Below, piece by piece: positions 62,911-64,000 of a DNA stretch of 64,000 bases. The first letter of the stretch is position 1. Each line of letters begins with the position of its first letter. This stretch comes from Fibrobacteria bacterium (GTDB lineage: Bacteria > Fibrobacterota > Fibrobacteria > UBA11236 > JADFYW01): the NCBI GenBank assembly GCA_050294405.1, contig JBNKOC010000012.1, positions 608,001 through 672,000 of the forward strand, written 5' to 3'. Below the pieces are notes generated by a model. It searched no databases and was not told the origin of the DNA. It worked only from the letters and a program-made list of their open reading frames with translations. A program made the position numbers and the translations under genes.

Positions 62911-64000
62911 ATGAATTTGCCAAATAAAAAAAGCATCAAAACGGTAACCCTGCAATCCATATCCATATGGGTTTTGCTCACCGCCCTTATTTTGCTTTTG
63001 GTTCTGGGTTATAGCTTCAGGGCTTTTTCTCAAAATAGTTTAAAACAAAGGGCTCTCGGCATTGCTGGATTGGTGGGAGCGGGATTAACCGCCCATATGA
63101 AAGCGGAAATCATGGATAAGCGAGCTTATTTTTTGGATGAGTTAAATAATATTCCCGAGGTAAATTCCCTAAAAATTATCCGGGGGCCGGCTGTGGATAA
63201 CCAGTTTGGGCCAACCCTATACAACGAACAAAATCCCGACTCCATATCCCATGGGGTGTTTAAAAACAAAAAGCCTTATTTCAGTCTAAATGAATTTAAA
63301 CTAAACCCTGTTTTGAAGGCGGTAGTGCCTTTAGTTGCAAGTGATGAAGGGAAATTAAATTGCCTGGAATGCCATAAAGTGGAAGCAGGCACTGTTTTAG
63401 GTGCAGTGGATTTGGAGCTCAATGTAAAGCGGCAGCAGTATATTGCAGGCCTAATTTTATTGGGTATATTGGTTCTGTTGGTTTTTCTATCCATTTTTTT
63501 AGTGTTAAATACAGGAAGGGTTTTGCAAAGGTTGGTAAAATCCCCTTTGGAAAGCTTGATTAATACAGCCTGGGACAGTTATAAGTCCCGCAGCTTTATA
63601 AATACAAGCGATTACGAGAGCCTGGAATTTGAAACAGTCGCCAAAGAAATAAATCAATTCAACCGCCAAATCAGCAGGCATCAAAAGTTAATACATCGGA
63701 AAAATGAGGAACTTCAGCAGCTCAATGAAGAAGTGGATAATACCTTGAGAGAAACTTTGTTTACCATGGGTCTTATTGAAGAAAAGCGCAGCAAGGAGAC
63801 CCGGTTCCACACCCAAAGGGTTACTCTTTATTCCAGATTATTGGGAGAACTGATTGAATTGCCAGTCCAGGAGTTGGAAGTATTAACTATGGCGGCCCCT
63901 CTTCATGATATTGGAAAAATCGGAATACCCGATTACATCCTTTTGAAACCTGCCCGCTTAAGTAAGGAGGAAATCAAAATAATGGAAAACCATACGCGCT
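62911..64000 (+). CDS. Membrane HD-GYP-type phosphodiesterase with periplasmic c-type heme motif, partial (runs off window end)
   Basis: Manual translation from ATG 62911: TM, CLECH (63361-63375), TM, coiled coil, ET..H..RV, LHDIGKIGIPD.IL.KP. The GYP motif itself would lie beyond the window. Confidence 0.88.
   Translation, partial: MNLPNKKSIKTVTLQSISIWVLLTALILLLVLGYSFRAFSQNSLKQRALGIAGLVGAGLTAHMKAEIMDKRAYFLDELNNIPEVNSLKIIRGPAVDNQFGPTLYNEQNPDSISHGVFKNKKPYFSLNEFKLNPVLKAVVPLVASDEGKLNCLECHKVEAGTVLGAVDLELNVKRQQYIAGLILLGILVLLVFLSIFLVLNTGRVLQRLVKSPLESLINTAWDSYKSRSFINTSDYESLEFETVAKEINQFNRQISRHQKLIHRKNEELQQLNEEVDNTLRETLFTMGLIEEKRSKETRFHTQRVTLYSRLLGELIELPVQELEVLTMAAPLHDIGKIGIPDYILLKPARLSKEEIKIMENHTR

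Overview
Bacterial chromosomal window, AT-rich. It is probably from a flagellated, Na+-NQR-using member of the FCB group, possibly Fibrobacterota; that taxonomy is inference only, from the long S16 tail, the secreted-esterase C-terminus and the PorV-like protein. Most of it is housekeeping: trmD-rimM-rpsP, ffh, ilvC-leuB-ilvE-cimA-hisD, tRNA-Pro, nqrABCDEF, murA, a Wzc-like kinase, xerD, tRNA-Lys, flgM, manC, a diguanylate cyclase, uppP, mqnB/mqnD, flgFGAHI and a heme-c HD-GYP protein. An accessory block of about 19.8 kb splits the normally adjacent ffh and rpsP genes. It holds an esterase, AraC, a tyrosine/homogentisate catabolic operon without maiA, a flavin monooxygenase, ada/alkA-ogt and a decayed defence corner. 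That corner has a PD-(D/E)XK nuclease, a frameshifted excisionase-like HTH and a McrC remnant. Next to it is an intact, translationally coupled three-gene cassette (TIGR04255-like protein, unknown protein, ART-like protein). This cassette is the best candidate for an undescribed toxin-antitoxin-chaperone or anti-phage system. Non-coding signals include an RtT-like tRNA-linked repeat, structured MITE-like elements with compensatory changes, a candidate sRNA and clear sigma-28/sigma-54 promoters. All family assignments come from motif recognition by eye, not from database searches.
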